This document shows, one piece after another, positions 12,277 through 26,757 of a stretch of DNA of 64,000 bases. The notes under the pieces were generated by a model. The model saw only the letters and a list, made by a program, of their open reading frames with translations, was not told where the DNA came from and did no database searches. Made by a program: the position numbers and the translations under genes. Location of the stretch: assembly GCA_964016885.1 (NCBI GenBank), contig OZ024741.1:32178001-32242000 (forward strand). Reading direction: 5' to 3'. The stretch comes from Eledone cirrhosa. Taxonomy: Eukaryota. Every line of letters begins with the position of its first letter. Within the stretch, counting starts at the first letter, position 1.

Positions 12277-13331
12277 AAAATGGAACGGGAACAAAACAGA
12301 GAGGTAGTACAAACAAAGGTTTATTAGTTTCACGCTCTTGAGAGGGGGGGGTATTAGGATTGCTACTATGAAATACCGATGTATACATGAATGTATGTAT
12401 AGTATAGTTGGCAATATACCGTATGTTTAATTAAAAACATTTTAAAGACCATACGCTATTGGTTTGAAAGTAGTGACTATATCACTTACTTCTTTTCGGT
12501 GAAAAAAGGGAAGAAGCTAACAGTCTGTTTCACGCTGTTTGGCGATAATCAGAACCACGCACTCCCTGCTTCCGCAGACAATTATAGAAGCTGGATTCTT
12601 ATAGAATTCCAGTAATAATCAGGAGGTGATTATACAAAGCGATTGCCCGTCCAGCAAAAATTAGGTATTATATAAATATATATATATATTATTCACCCCC
12701 ACACGAGACACAGAAAATGCCTACTAAAACAAAAACAGACTCCACTCTCATCAGCATCAATCAAGAGATACTCCAAAAACTACAAAAAATAAACTCTAAT
12801 TTGTCAATACTCACCAACAAACTAAATTCTACAAGTGAAGAAACAATCCCCCAAAACACATCCTATGAAATCAACGACAATATCAATAACTTATGCGAAA
12901 CAATAAAAACACACCTGAATAACAACACAAACCCTATTCAAACGAACGACAATACACATGACACTAATACACTTACAACTTACCAAATAAAAAACAAATT
13001 AATACCACAATGGTACACATCTCTTAAAAACAGGAAATATAGACAATAATTAAATATATAAATAGATAAATAAATGCCACTGTTAAATAATAAATAAATC
13101 AACTAATACCTTAACACTTCACACAAAGTAAAACATTTCGTTTTAATCATTTTCTAACCCAGAAAAGAGAGAGAGAGAAACAAAAAAGGAAAAAAATATA
13201 TTTTTCTTCCTCATAATCGTCTCTTTCTCCCTGTTTTCATATATATATAGGGATTGAAACGTCCAGTTATTGTAGGCTCGCCAGAGTGAGCACTCGGAGC
13301 GTAGTTTCCAGCAAATATACAGCTGTAGAAA

Positions 13332-13539
13332 TCTTCATTACGTTTATTATGTAGTGACGCGCATTTCGCTATTGATCAGCTCAAGGTTCGATCTGTATCG
13401 ATCTAGCTCGACTCTGGTCATTACCACAGCAGAGGTCCGACGAGTTTTTCATTCCAGAGTCTGGCTAGATTAATAGAGATCGACCCTTGTGTTGATCAAT
13501 AATGAAACATGCGTCACTACTCAATAAACGCAATGAAGA
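13332..13539. repeat. Imperfect ~85-bp inverted repeat (fold-back)
   Basis: Arms 13332-13417 and 13454-13539; each carries an HHR 3' half-like GAAAY-NNGC-GTC sequence. Confidence 0.8.
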
Positions 13540-13556
13540 CATAACAAATCGTCCTT

Positions 13557-13609
<53 letters not shown>

Positions 13610-13638
13610 CTGTGTGTATGTGTATATAAAAGGACGAT

Positions 13639-13782
<144 letters not shown>

Positions 13783-13816
13783 CCGGATGGCTGAAACAGG
13801 TAAAAGAGGTAAAAGA

Positions 13817-13873
<57 letters not shown>

Positions 13874-14069
13874 ATATCATGAGGTTCTTCATACAATGAA
13901 TGGTACTGCAGCATTTTGGCACTCAATGTCCTACACAATGCTAACTCATTAAAGTAACAGGATGCTATCTGAAGTCAAACACTGAAGTCAACACTGGACC
14001 AAAGATATTTCGGCTAACCCTTTAATGAGCAATCCACCACTTTGAATAGCTACTTTGTTTTATGGACTA

Positions 14070-14215
14070 TGAAGGAAATGTGGTAAAGAAACGGTAGAAG
14101 CATAACGCACCAGAGTACTTGATATTTCGATATTTCGGTATTTATGGTAGTAGAGTGGGTAATAGGAAAAGAGTCAGGACCCCGACGGCTGAACTCCGAC
14201 CGTTTCGACAGCTAG
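14070..14215 (-). repeat. Dispersed short repeat (copies at 5705-5745 and 5818-5920)
   Basis: gtcggggtcct..actctactacc..gagtactctggtgcgttatg..taccayatttccttc is shared; on the minus strand it is preceded by gtcGAAAcgGTC (HHR 3' half). Confidence 0.6.
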
Positions 14216-15379
14216 ATTTGAGTTCAGATCTGACTCCTATATATATACATACATATATATATCTCTATCCAAAATTAAGATAAATCAAAATGAATTTAAT
14301 CTAAATCAAAATTATGTGTGTCATGCCACAAGGCATGCGCCATATCACCCGTAAAATAAGCTCCAAGATTCTAATGAATAGGTCCGAGCATTTTATAACA
14401 ACTAGAAATTGATTAACATATAAATAAAGATATGAAACAATCAAAGGGGATAATTTTTACAAGTGTGTAACTAAATAAACTTAACTAGAACTTCAAAAAT
14501 AGATACATTATAATATGATTAATCTTCCCTGTATATATTCCATTAAAGAAATATATTTCACCAATTAATCGAATTATATATATATACACACTCGCAGGCA
14601 CTCCTCAAGAAAATATCCATGGAACATGTGACCACTCTTAGTTAACAGTATTTTTATTTTCATTGGCTGTTCAGATTAAGATATCTTAGCCCCAACGAGG
14701 ATGTAACTTCTCAGTTGTACAGATCTCAATTAGGTCATCTAAGTTTACTAATGATTTTACTATTAATATATCTTTCAATCAAAAGGTAAATAAAAGACTT
14801 GTATCAGTATTTACATCTAGAAAGAAGCAGATGCTGAAAGCAGCTTGGATTGGTCTACAGACACATAATTCCTACAGCTGTTTGTCAGCAACACAATCGA
14901 ATTTTCCATTGTAAATGTCTATTATAATTCTAATATTTGTTTTTATCGTTGTTTGTAAGTCGTAAATACATGCTTTGCAAATTCAAAATGGAATGCGAGA
15001 ATTTCGTTTGAACGCAATAAATCGTTTATTCTATGCAAAGCTGTTGTTATTTTCCAACTAGCAAAACAATATAAATACCAATACAGATAAATACACAACA
15101 CCAAATATATTTTAAGTACAAAAGCAAAATAACATGAGGAAAATGGGAATTTTGTAAACTAACTCTTTCATAGATAAATTGCATTTTAATGAAAACCAAT
15201 TTATAACGGTTAATGTCAAAGAAACGAAAAAAATAAACATTATATAGAAAACTATTTTAAAACGCAAGAACATAAACTATCAAATTTTCAATACAGAAAG
15301 AAAACGAAGAAGATATATATACATACATACATACATATATATATATATACATAGGTGTATGTATAATATATATATATAT

Positions 15380-15459
<80 letters not shown>

Positions 15460-15536
15460 TTATATATACATATATATATATATACATATATATATATTTA
15501 TATTTATATTTATATATATATATAAATATATATTTA

Positions 15537-15607
<71 letters not shown>

Positions 15608-15726
15608 TTATATATATATGTGTGTGTGTATGCGTGTGCATGTACACACACATATATATATATATGAGGGGGGTGTATGTGTGCGTGAGTCTGTGTGTCA
15701 GAGTGTGTGACTGTGTGTGTAAATAA

Positions 15727-15779
<53 letters not shown>

Positions 15780-15792
15780 GAGAGAGAGAGAT

Positions 15793-15859
<67 letters not shown>

Positions 15860-16082
15860 TTGTTTTTTTTCACATAGAAAATGCTAAAGGTGTAAATGAG
15901 TTTATTTATTCGTTTTTTTATTTGTAGAAAGAAGGAAAACGAAAATGAAATTATCTGTTGATAATAGCTTAGTCCTGATTGATATATTTTTTCAGTATCA
16001 TATTCGTTACAAAACACGCAGACGCACATACATGCTATATATATATATTGTATTGAAGCAAACTTCAATACTCTCTTATATA

Positions 16083-16166
<84 letters not shown>

Positions 16167-16196
16167 AAATCAACTTTTCAAATGCAAGTCGATGTT

Positions 16197-16236
<40 letters not shown>

Positions 16237-16764
16237 TTTGTGTGTGTGGATTATAAATACAAGGAGAGGAGTCGTTAAAAGTAACAGTAGTATTAGTTAA
16301 ATATATATATATATATATTTATTTATTTATTTATATATAAGAATATTTATATATATGTACACAAAACCGTACACCGAATATTTATTACTTGGACAGATAA
16401 AATGCCAAAACAAACAATTTTTGCTTTCACCATTTTTCGGGATATTCGAAAACAGATATTTTCTAAACTGGCGACGCAGATATAGAGATGTCAAAATCTT
16501 ACTTGTGAATATAATATTCAAAATACATAAAGATATACAGCTATGAACTTGCAAATTAAATAAATGGGATGTATTTGACGCCATTTTGTGCGCTAAAGAC
16601 ATCTAGAAATGTATTAGTAAAAAAGCTAAAGGTATAATTAAACTTATTAAATAGGCGAAAGGCTGGAATAATATAATAATTTTCACTGTGTATAAATATT
16701 AAGTTAATCAAAGTAAAAATGGCAATACATTTAAAAATAATATTTTCCTTTTGTATGTTTTCTC

Positions 16765-17070
16765 TAGTAATCGGTTGTTAGGTTAAGCGTGTTGACCTCA
16801 GATCAGTCCCTGATCCCAGAAGATCAATATAATGCGAATCATTCTGACAATGCTAGTGATGGTAGATATGTGGGCACTACCTACGAAATCGGGTATCACA
16901 AGGATTTTGGTGAAAGATATAAGGCTTTTAGGGACCATGCCTAGCGCCCCTATCACGTTTGGCATGGCTCCTGTATCTACATGGTGCTCAGTTCTAATAG
17001 CGCCTGCAATGTTTGCCTACATATTGATCTTTTCCATTTCATGTTCAGCCACATCCTGGTCTTGGTCTTT
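16765..17070 (-). mobile_element. 3' fragment of an RLE-type (R4/Dong-like) LINE
   Basis: Minus strand: DQDVAEHEMEKI..IAGAIR..MPNVIGALGMVPKSL. Confidence 0.65.
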
Positions 17071-17121
17071 AGATTACAAAGAATCATTAATCCCTCACCT
17101 GATAGGCAGGATTTTAATAAT

Positions 17122-17315
17122 AATAATGGTTTCTGATTTAGAAATAAGGCCAACTATTTGGGCGGAGGGAAAGGAAAGTCGATTAAATCGACACCAGTGT
17201 GGTACATTTTTATCGACCCTGCAAGGATGAAAGGCTAAGCTAACCTCGGCGGGATTTGATCTCAAACCATAAAGGGTCGTAAATCCATATCACGAAGAAT
17301 GGTGTACGACGCTAA
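17122..17315 (-). mobile_element. tRNA-derived SINE copy
   Basis: Same family as 6265; gtttctgattt..ttatcgaccc..gatgaaaggc..aacctcggcgggatttga on the plus strand. Confidence 0.8.
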
Positions 17316-17439
17316 TAATGATTTCTTTATTAGCTACACAGGGCTCATATTAAGAAAATAATAAAGACGGCCCAGGAAGGTAAAGTGCGGGTATTTTGTG
17401 TAAAATATAATTTTATAACAAATAATTAAACAAAAATCA

Positions 17440-20430
17440 AATATCACGTTACCTTGACAGCAATGGCAATTGCTCCCTCTCATTCTCACCTACCATTAAA
17501 AGAAAACTGGCTGAAAGGCAGGGCTTTCTTCTCTACCCTGATCTACCCCATCAAGTGAAATGTGAAAGAGTTAATTAGGGTTTCACCGAAGAGCAAAGCG
17601 TTTGTCTTCAACTGTTTCAAACGCATCAACCTCACGATATCTTTCGCCATAGCTACCAGGTAGATAAAACATGCCAGAGGTTCCCTTCTAAAGGAAGACG
17701 GTGGAACGATCTTCACAATGGACTCGGTTGATAGTCGGATGCGTCTCACACCTGAAAGCAAGTGCTCGACATAAACCAACAAATCAGTAATACTCGGACA
17801 GTCGATGAATGCATGCAGAGCGTTTTCATCAACTTTTATGCATCTCGGACTAGCCCGGCTGACAGCACTTCCATGCCAGTAGAGTTTATCCTGAACTGGC
17901 AAAAGTCCTCGGTAGCACTACCAGGCCTGGGATTTATAGAAGTTTTACAAGAACCCTGATCTGAAAGTCTTCTCGAAAAGTGTGGCTAATTGATTTTCAT
18001 CAACGATGAGATTCTTCACAAGAACGCCCTCATTTTTCTCCCGTCATTAATCCTCTATAAAATGACAATATGGTGTTTTCCACTGATACTGCTGCCTGGT
18101 TTCTCTTGGTCTTCATTGGCTTCAGGACGGCAGCTCCGTTAAGGAGACGAGATCAGGAAAATACGTCTAGCAAATGGCAACCACACCCGTTCACCACCGA
18201 GGAAAAGTTGGAAATGTCATAGTTGTTGCGCATGTTTGTGTATCACCATCCACAGCATGTCCAACACACCACGTTGACAGAAAATGGAGCGCTTTACCAG
18301 TAGAGCCTGTTGTTTCTCAAATAGCGAAAGCGTAAAGGCTCCAGGGCAGTCAGACTTTGACCAGTGCAAGGAACGATGCTCAGATGGTAGCATATGACGG
18401 ACGCGATGTACCCATTTGCCGCCTCAGCCTGAGCTTTCAAGGATAGCTTCTTCTCAATTCATTTCTGAGTGAGAGAGGCCATCCTGCTCGTTACATCAGT
18501 CCAGTTTTTATTAATCTGGATGTCTATTCCAAACCAAATCCCGAGAAATCTCCAATGCCTGACGATGATGTTGTCGGCATAGACATGCCTCTGCATGTGC
18601 CGAGCTGCTGGTGCACCACTATTTCCTGGTCGATTTTTTCCCCCGCCCTCCCCGGTACACTTTCACACACAGAGAGTGGTACCGATCATCTCAATGTACT
18701 TAGTGCTGGACACCACCGCAGTGATTTCGCCACCATATGCACAGGATGTTCCTCGACATCACCAATGCGTGGAGTTATGGCTCGAGCGTCAATACATACC
18801 ACAGGGACGAGAGGGGGCAAACTTGGCTGATCGAGCGCATGATATTGAACGATATCCGAAAAATGGTCGTTCACTCTAACCGCAGAGCAGATGTTGCTGT
18901 GCATTGCATTGACCCAACTCCTTAAAACGGTCCGATTCCGGCTGCTTTGTTCTAAGTTGATCTGGACACTACAGGTGCCAGATTCTTTAGCCACCCACTC
19001 CATGATGTATTACATGTGGGGTGGTATCATGGATGAGTCTGTCTGGAATAGCGCAAGTTTTACCTTCCCTTACTAGATCACTGACGTCAAGCGCCAGCAT
19101 GGTCGCTAATACATTGGCCAACATGTTGTACTCTCCGTTTAACAGTGCTATGGGCCAGAAATATCTATATGGTCCCACATGTTCGGGTCCTTTCTTAGCA
19201 GTGATACCGCCGCTTACCTCACGAACGGGAAATTCTCCAAATCAATGAATTTGTCCCTCTTTTAGCTATACATTGCGTCCCATATTTCATAGGCTGTTGT
19301 TGGCTTTCCACATGCTCCTCATCCCTCACCGAGAGCCGCAACAGGCCATCAAAGTTAGGCTCCGAAGTCCATCCCTTGATCAGTTCTGGCACCGTTCCTG
19401 AACATTTGAGCAAAGTGTCACTGAAAACATGCACACAACTTGTACCATGCGCCCATCGTGGTTCACCAAAACCGGATTGTGGCTTTGTTCTCGCGCTTTA
19501 CGTCTGCCACTTTGCCCCATCAAACGTCTTTCCCTCTCTCGTGTCAAGGAGCACACTACCTAGCTCTAACAACGCGACGTTTATGCTTAGATTTGAAAGA
19601 TTGATTCAGGGGCAATATCGCCTCAAGCATCTCAGTTATGTGGCATTTACTAAGTGCCTCTTCTAGTTTTCTCCCTCTACTCTAATTTTCTCTATTAACC
19701 CTTTTCAGGGCGAACCACGATTTGTTCTTCACGATTTTCCCCGTCAACGCCCGCTTAACTAGTTCATTAATCCGGTGTTCGTAATCTTTGTGCGCCTGGA
19801 ACGGTTGCCTTCAGCTTCCAATAACCGGGATTCTCTATGAAGCCTACCTAAATTGACTACATAGATCTCACATTTGTGGCCTGTGGCGTCGTCTACTTTG
19901 AATTGTGTACAATCTATTCTAGACTCATCTTTTCTTTAAAGACTACCATATCTAGATACGATCTGGATGACCTATTGGTTTGTCCATGACCACATTAGCA
20001 CATTCGGGAACTCCAGTCGGTATCTGTAATCAACTGTCTGAGCATCAGTGAAATTCTACACCCTCCTCCCCTATCTGCTAATTCGTGCGTCCAGGATAGC
20101 GTTTCCGTCACCCACTAGCACTGAGTAGTGAGACGTTTGTAGAAAGTTCTTAAACCGCATGAAGATATCAGGCCATCCTGCCCCTGTAGGGCGTAGATGG
20201 GCACATGACTCATGGCAAGCTCCTCTCTGATGGTCATGTCCAGCAACATCAGCTTACCTTTTGGATCCAGGAAAATAGTCTGTATCGTGAGATCCAGGCT
20301 TTTCCAATAAAACTGTTACTCTGCACCCAGATCCGGGACGGCCTAGAGATGCGAACACATAGTAGCCTTCGAAAATGAGTGCAGAAGTTCGTGCATCAGA
20401 AGTTCTGGTATTGCTGATTGTTTTGGCATT
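17440..20430 (-). mobile_element. Decayed Tx1/L1-clade LINE ORF2 (APE, RT, CCHC)
   Basis: VGDGNAILDA (APE), PIALLNGEYNMLANVLA..CAIPDRLIHD, SAVRVNDHFS, C-terminal PRC..DENALHAFIDCP; many stops and frameshifts. A possible ORF1 knuckle remnant lies near 20810-20845. Confidence 0.75.
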
Positions 20431-21879
20431 CCTTTGGGCAGTTATGGGTCCTTCACAGTTCGCGTGTGAGAGTGTTGCTCATTGTCTCGAGTAATTTTGT
20501 GTTTAAGTTAGTATATGTTTGGGCGATAAATGAATTATTTTTACATGTGTTGATGGTGCGATTTTTGGGGATGTTAAACAATTAGTTTCCGAAATGCTGG
20601 TGTTATGTTGCATGTAGTTGAGTAGCTATTGCTGTATAGTGTATGAGGGTTGTATCTATTTGTTGGGTTTGCTTTTGTTGTAGATATAGATATGGGTTTT
20701 GTTTTATTTGGTATATTGTTGGTGTGTACGTTATCTGTTGTGGTGGCTGTAGGGTTACTGGTCTTGATGGTAGTGGTGGTGATGTGGGTAATGTCTTTAC
20801 TCCAATTGTACGGTAGGTGACCGTACAACAGAGCACACCCTCCATCGTCTCGGGAGGAGGTGTGACGTTGACTCTGTGGCCTCTCTTTTTTATTAATATT
20901 TTCGCCTTTCACACTTCATCCTCATTTAAAGATAATTGTCATAGATTTTTGTCTATACCTCAAAGGAAGCAGCCAGAGAGAAACTCTCCTTTGTGTTGTT
21001 GGAAGCGGCTTCAGTTTTCTCCAGTCTCCTTGTCTACATATTTGTTAATATTAGTTGGTGTTACTGATACTGTTGTTGCTGCTGCTTCTGATGTTTATGT
21101 TGCTGTTATTGTTACTGTTTTTGTTATTCTTGTTGCTGTTGTTGTTATTCTTGTTGCTGTTTTTCCTGTGTTGTTGTTATTTTTGTTGTTTTTTCCCGTG
21201 TCATTAATTTAAATGCAAAAAATCACTTTCTCATTATTAAGCTAGTGTTTTCAACACAATATAATAAAGGATTTTTTTCATGAAATTATGATGGAAAGTT
21301 TTTAGTTAAATTGAAACACTTTAAAACAGTTTCGTATTGTAGAACAGTAAAAAAACAAACAAACATTTACTCTTCATACATAGTCGCTGTGGTGTTGGCG
21401 GTCGTGTTGGTATTAATGGTGATGTCAGAGTTTGTGATCGTGTTGTTGTTTAACTATTTTTAATGTTTACTGGTTGTAGCGACGGTGTTGAAGTTTTCAG
21501 TTTCAGGTATTTGGTTTCGTATTTTCTTTGAGCTATATTGTTGTTGTTGTTGTTGTTGTTGGCGCCAGTGGGTGTGGCTGTAATGTCTCTTGTGATTTTA
21601 GTGGAATTGGTGGCGGCGGTTGTAACATCGCCATTATTTTGGCTGTTCTATTCAGGTGCGGCACGCACATTTAGAATACAAAAAGTGAACATTTGTGTCA
21701 AAAGTCCAAATATTCTGGACTCTCACTTCGTGAAGGCAAAGGGTATTGCCTAATATTCCATTTGCAACACAATTTATATTAAAAGAAGCGTTTTAACATG
21801 TAACAAACGATATAATTATGGGTACGAATCCTCGATAAATGCACCACATGTGAACAAAACAACAACAACAATACTAGTA

Positions 21880-22326
21880 ATAATTGTTTCTGATTTAGGC
21901 ACAAGGCCAACAATTTTAGGGAAGAGTAATGTCGATTAAATTGACCCCAGTGCATTTATGGTGCTTTATTTTATCGACCTCCTTAACGATGGAAGGCAAG
22001 GCTAACCATGGCAGAATAGTAATACTAATAATTATTTCTACTTTTGGCACAAGGCCAGTAATATACCAGTACATTACTGGTATTTATTTTATCGACCCCG
22101 CAAGGATGAAAGGCAAAGTTAACCTCGGCGGGGTAATAATAATTGTTTCTACTTTTGACACAAGGCCAGCAATTATCCCAGTGCATTACTGGTACTTTAT
22201 TTTATCGACTCCGTAAGGATGAAAGGCAAAGTTAACCTCGGCGAGATCTGAACTCAGATCGTAAAGGACTATAACTCTGCAAAGCCTGTTGTCCGACCCT
22301 CTAACGATACTGCCAATCCACCGCCG
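21880..22326 (-). mobile_element. Three tandem SINE copies (two truncated, one near full length)
   Basis: Units start near 21880, 22030 and 22138; the last has B-box and A-box-like tggcagtatcg sequences on the minus strand. Confidence 0.85.
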
Positions 22327-22394
22327 GCGGGGTAATAATAATAATAACGATTATTATTCCTTTTGTCATGCAGTGTAGTTAGATAATGCACTGG

Positions 22395-23900
22395 AGTATT
22401 TCGTCATCTTTCAAGTCGCAAGAAAGAACTGAGACAAATAATACTTTCAATAAAACGTGCACAGTTCCTAGCAAGCTTGATCTTTGAATGAGCTAAATCT
22501 TGCATGGTATTCCCAATCACTTTAAGAAGTCTTGGAGTTTCAACGGGATTGACCATAATGCCCTATTCACAACTAGTATCACTTTCACATTATCCTCCCG
22601 CATTCCAAACAGTCTTACCATCACCACCTTCAATTCGGAGTACATGGTGATTTTTTGCAAACTCTTTTCTCGCAATATTCATGGCATTTGGTATCGATAC
22701 GTCTAGGACCTGACAGTATTTATCTTTCTTGTTCAATACCACACTATCCGGTCTGCAATGCCCTCTTGCTCTATCAGTCTGAGAATCTTAATCACAGGAT
22801 ATCGTTGTTTTTCTATCCTCCTGCATTACTTTACAAGGCTCATACCAATTCTCTATTACTTGGTATTGGCATTTACGAAACAGAAGCCAATAGAGATATA
22901 GACAGACTTCATCATGGCGGCACTTGTATTCTTTTTGCGCAAGGCTCTCACATCCAATAACCAAGTGGGCTAACTTTTCCACATTCTTTCCATGAAGTAT
23001 GCATTTCTGGGTATCAGAGAATTCTTGTAGATGTTATACTTCACCGAATTCGTGGCAAGTGCTTAGTATTGTGCTGATAAAAAGCTTTCAGTGGTACGCT
23101 CACCTGCTTAATCCATGTTCATGATTTTGTATTATACTTGATATCCTATGTATGTCTTTCAAACTGCCCGTGCATTCTCATTTCCAAAAGATCTCTTCTC
23201 TTATCATAAACCCTTTGGTTAAAATATTCATTGTCAGACATTTCATCTTCATTCATACCAATTTTTATCACCGTTTACCAAATATTCTTCAAGCATTCTC
23301 CTTTCACACTATACAATAATTGACAGTGATGGAACCTCTACCACCATTCTTTCTCTTCATGTACAATCTACTTTAGTGTGTAAAGCTCCTTACAATGTCA
23401 TAAACCTTTTCTATCCAACTTTGCTATTTTTTCTTCCGTCTACCTAAAAATGGACACATCACTGCAACTGTCAATATATTCAATGCAGTGACTAGATTTC
23501 TCGCATTCAGGTTGGAAAAAAAAATAATGTCTACTCTTTTTAAATGTCTCTCTAACTTTTTTCTATCATTTCTGCACGTAGAATGTCATCCAGTTCTAAC
23601 ATCCCTAAATACTTGTATCTACTATCTCTGTTTTTCCTATTGTTCCTCTCGGTGGCTGCTTAGAGACATTACAGGCTGTTTCTCCCATCTTTTCCTATTG
23701 AGTACAAAACATTTTGAGATCCTAAGTTCCATATCGATATTGCTGCTACATATCTGGCCTGTTTTAACCAAAGAATCTATCTGGTTCTTGGACTTCCCAA
23801 ACAGTCGCAGGTCATCCATAAAGAGAAAGGGGTTTATGTATTGTCCTTTCTTTTCATAGTGGTAACGTTCTTATTCATCAGGATTTTCTTCAGGAATATT
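22395..23900 (-). mobile_element. Decayed R4/Dong-like LINE (RT, CCHC, RLE)
   Basis: MDDLRLFGKSKNQIDSLV..MELRISKC; KYLG; EKLAHLVIGCESLAQKEYKCRHDEV. Confidence 0.75.
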
Positions 23901-25002
23901 CATCACATCCATAAGGCATCTTTGTAATGCAAGTGATTGTTCATCCAACCGGCTTCCTACTGTTGTATAACCTTCCTAAGCAGTACTAGGGTTTAATTTG
24001 TAACCTTCTTCAGCAGATCTAACCGTCTCATACAAGTTTCCCGCTTCCTTTTCTCTATTTTTCTTCTTCAATTTAAATGTAGAAATGTCTTTACCTTCTT
24101 CTCTAGCCTCCATTTGTTGATTAGGAATTTGCCGATCCAGTACTAAAGATACACGTTTTGTTTCGTACATATTATTATTGGAACTACAAGATACATACGA
24201 GAACACCTAGAGCAATATATGACTGAACTTAGATTTATGGAGAAAATTATTCACAGCTTCTTAACTCGTATGCTACAAATTCCCCAAATACCAGAAACAG
24301 TTAACATCAGTAGAGCATTCTTATGATTCATAAGATGAATGAGAGCGAAAATGTCGACGGAAATTTCCTATTGTTTACAACCATAACTACGCGAAGGTGG
24401 TTGGTCAAATACAAAATGAAAAAAATCATCGACACATTCATCTATCCATCCATACATACATACACATACACATATACATACATGCATGCATACAAATATA
24501 CATATATATACATAGAGACACATGCATATGCATGTGGGCAGATATACATGGGAGTTAGGAGGATATTGGCGATCCCTGTCGAGGCATTAATGCCAGTAAA
24601 AGTAATCGAGTTGTGTAGAATATAACTAGTTCAACGTCATCTTTATACAGCACACCAGCAAGACATTTTGATAAAATAATCCACCTATAAATACGTTTAT
24701 AGGTTTTATTTATATCTTCGGTCATATTCCCCTCTTCGACTCAACTCAGCTCCCCAATTTCTCTAATACCCCGTCCATTATCACACCCATAGATTCCTAC
24801 CGCTTTCTTTTGATCATTAGCAGCTTCTCTTACAACTAATACTTGCCGACTATATATGCTCACTCCAATCTTCCCTTCACTGCTCTGTATGTGCACATAC
24901 ACACCCTTATATTAACATACTTTTGCTCATAGCTTCGTATTTACATGCACACACATTCTTCTACTCACACATACATTTCTTCTTAGCTTTGTACGGACCT
25001 AT

Positions 25003-25074
<72 letters not shown>

Positions 25075-25317
25075 CATGCTTACGGACTCAAGTATAGCTC
25101 TTTTTACAAAACGGTTTTTTTCCACTTCAGGTAGACGCACTCCATCATCCACTTTTCTAAAAAATAAATGATACAATATATATATATATATATATATTGC
25201 CAACACCAACAGTTTTGCAAGAGATGTCAAGATGAATGGACCTGTTTATTTTATCTACAGACATTTGTTCCAATTCCATATCGCCTGTCCTCTCAATCTA
25301 TCTTATTTCTCATTCTT

Positions 25318-25353
25318 TCTTCTGATGAAGGACTAGCGTCGGAAACGTTAAGA
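25318..25353 (+). ncRNA. Minimal hammerhead ribozyme motif in a solo PLE-like terminus
   Basis: tctt CTGATGA ag-gac-tagc-gtc-g GAAA cgTT aaga, with palindromic AACGTT; the segment ends in (TA)n at 25441. Confidence 0.6.
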
Positions 25354-25440
25354 CCCTCTTCCTGCTATTTCAAGTGTTAAACTAATATATTCCTTCCATA
25401 TACTGTACCGATTGTGTTGTTATTTCTTTTTAACTTTTAC

Positions 25441-25606
<166 letters not shown>

Positions 25607-26757
25607 TTAAGGATACTATTTATGGTTATGTATATAATAAAACCTTTTATAGTTATATATATTTTAAACTCTAAATAGTGAAATACAGTAATTCATTACT
25701 ATCTTATTACCATATATATGTGTATATGGGTATATACATATATTTATATATACCTGTGTGTGTGTCTGTACAAAAGAAAACATACTGAATACTTGGTGTA
25801 TTCATAAGCAATCAATAAATACCTCAGGCAGTTACTTCAATTATGAAATAAATATGAAATGAACTGGTTGCAAAAGTGGCAATGATGAGACATCGTTTAA
25901 GCTGGTTCTCAATTGAGCAGGGTCACGTGATAATATCCGGTTGCGGCTTTGTATATAATATTTGCTTTTCCAGGTTGAGGTGTCGTGTTGTTAGGATTCC
26001 AGGCATATTTTCCTGGAAGCTAATCTATAACGATTACGGTGTGTTGATGGTTATTTCTATGCATGTTCCACGGATAGCTCGGTCAAATATATCTTTTTGG
26101 AAATGAAGGTTCTCTGACCACGAGATATAGACTAAAGTTTGGTTCTCTTCTTTGACGTTAGCCTTATGTTTCAAGGTTCGGTGTGTTTCCATCAGGCGAA
26201 GAATCCACTTTGCTGTATATTTGAATTGGTACTGTCCATAATGTTGAAAGTTATGAACCTCTTTCATATCTGCCCTCTTTTAGTTTCTGAAAATCTTCCC
26301 TTGCAGTCATTCTCTCCCCTACATATTCGCATTTCTTCACATTTCTTGCTCATCGTTGTAAAGACGTTGGTTACAGGACTGAAGCAAATATTCTCTTGCA
26401 GGAGCTGATCAGGATAATACCCATCAGATTCTGTTTTGTCATCGATCTTTGGTAATATTGGCAGCGATGTGTGGTAACTTAACCTGCTTCTTGTCTGGTC
26501 AGTCACGGAAGTACGAATGGTTGTGAAATAGGTTGGAAGTACCAGCTATAAAGTTAATCACAGTTTGCGATTGTTCGTAATGCAGCAGCTACGCTACCTG
26601 TCCCTTTCATATATATGTTGCTTGTCTCTTCTTCTGGTTTGTAATGTACTAACATCCTTGCATCATTTCGGATTTTTATTCTGCCTTACCAGTCTGTGTG
26701 ATCTCCTTTTTGTTCCCTCAATAGGTTACAGGTATCTCCAGCACGGTTGTCTAATTA

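Noticed and set aside
14815-14915. Possible C-type lectin exon (AAWIGLQ)
   Set aside because: Single short motif, followed by a stop, with no other domain residues or partner exons.
20817-21753. Hydrophobic, membrane-protein-like ORFs
   Set aside because: They derive from degenerate (GTT)n/(GTG)n low-complexity sequence.
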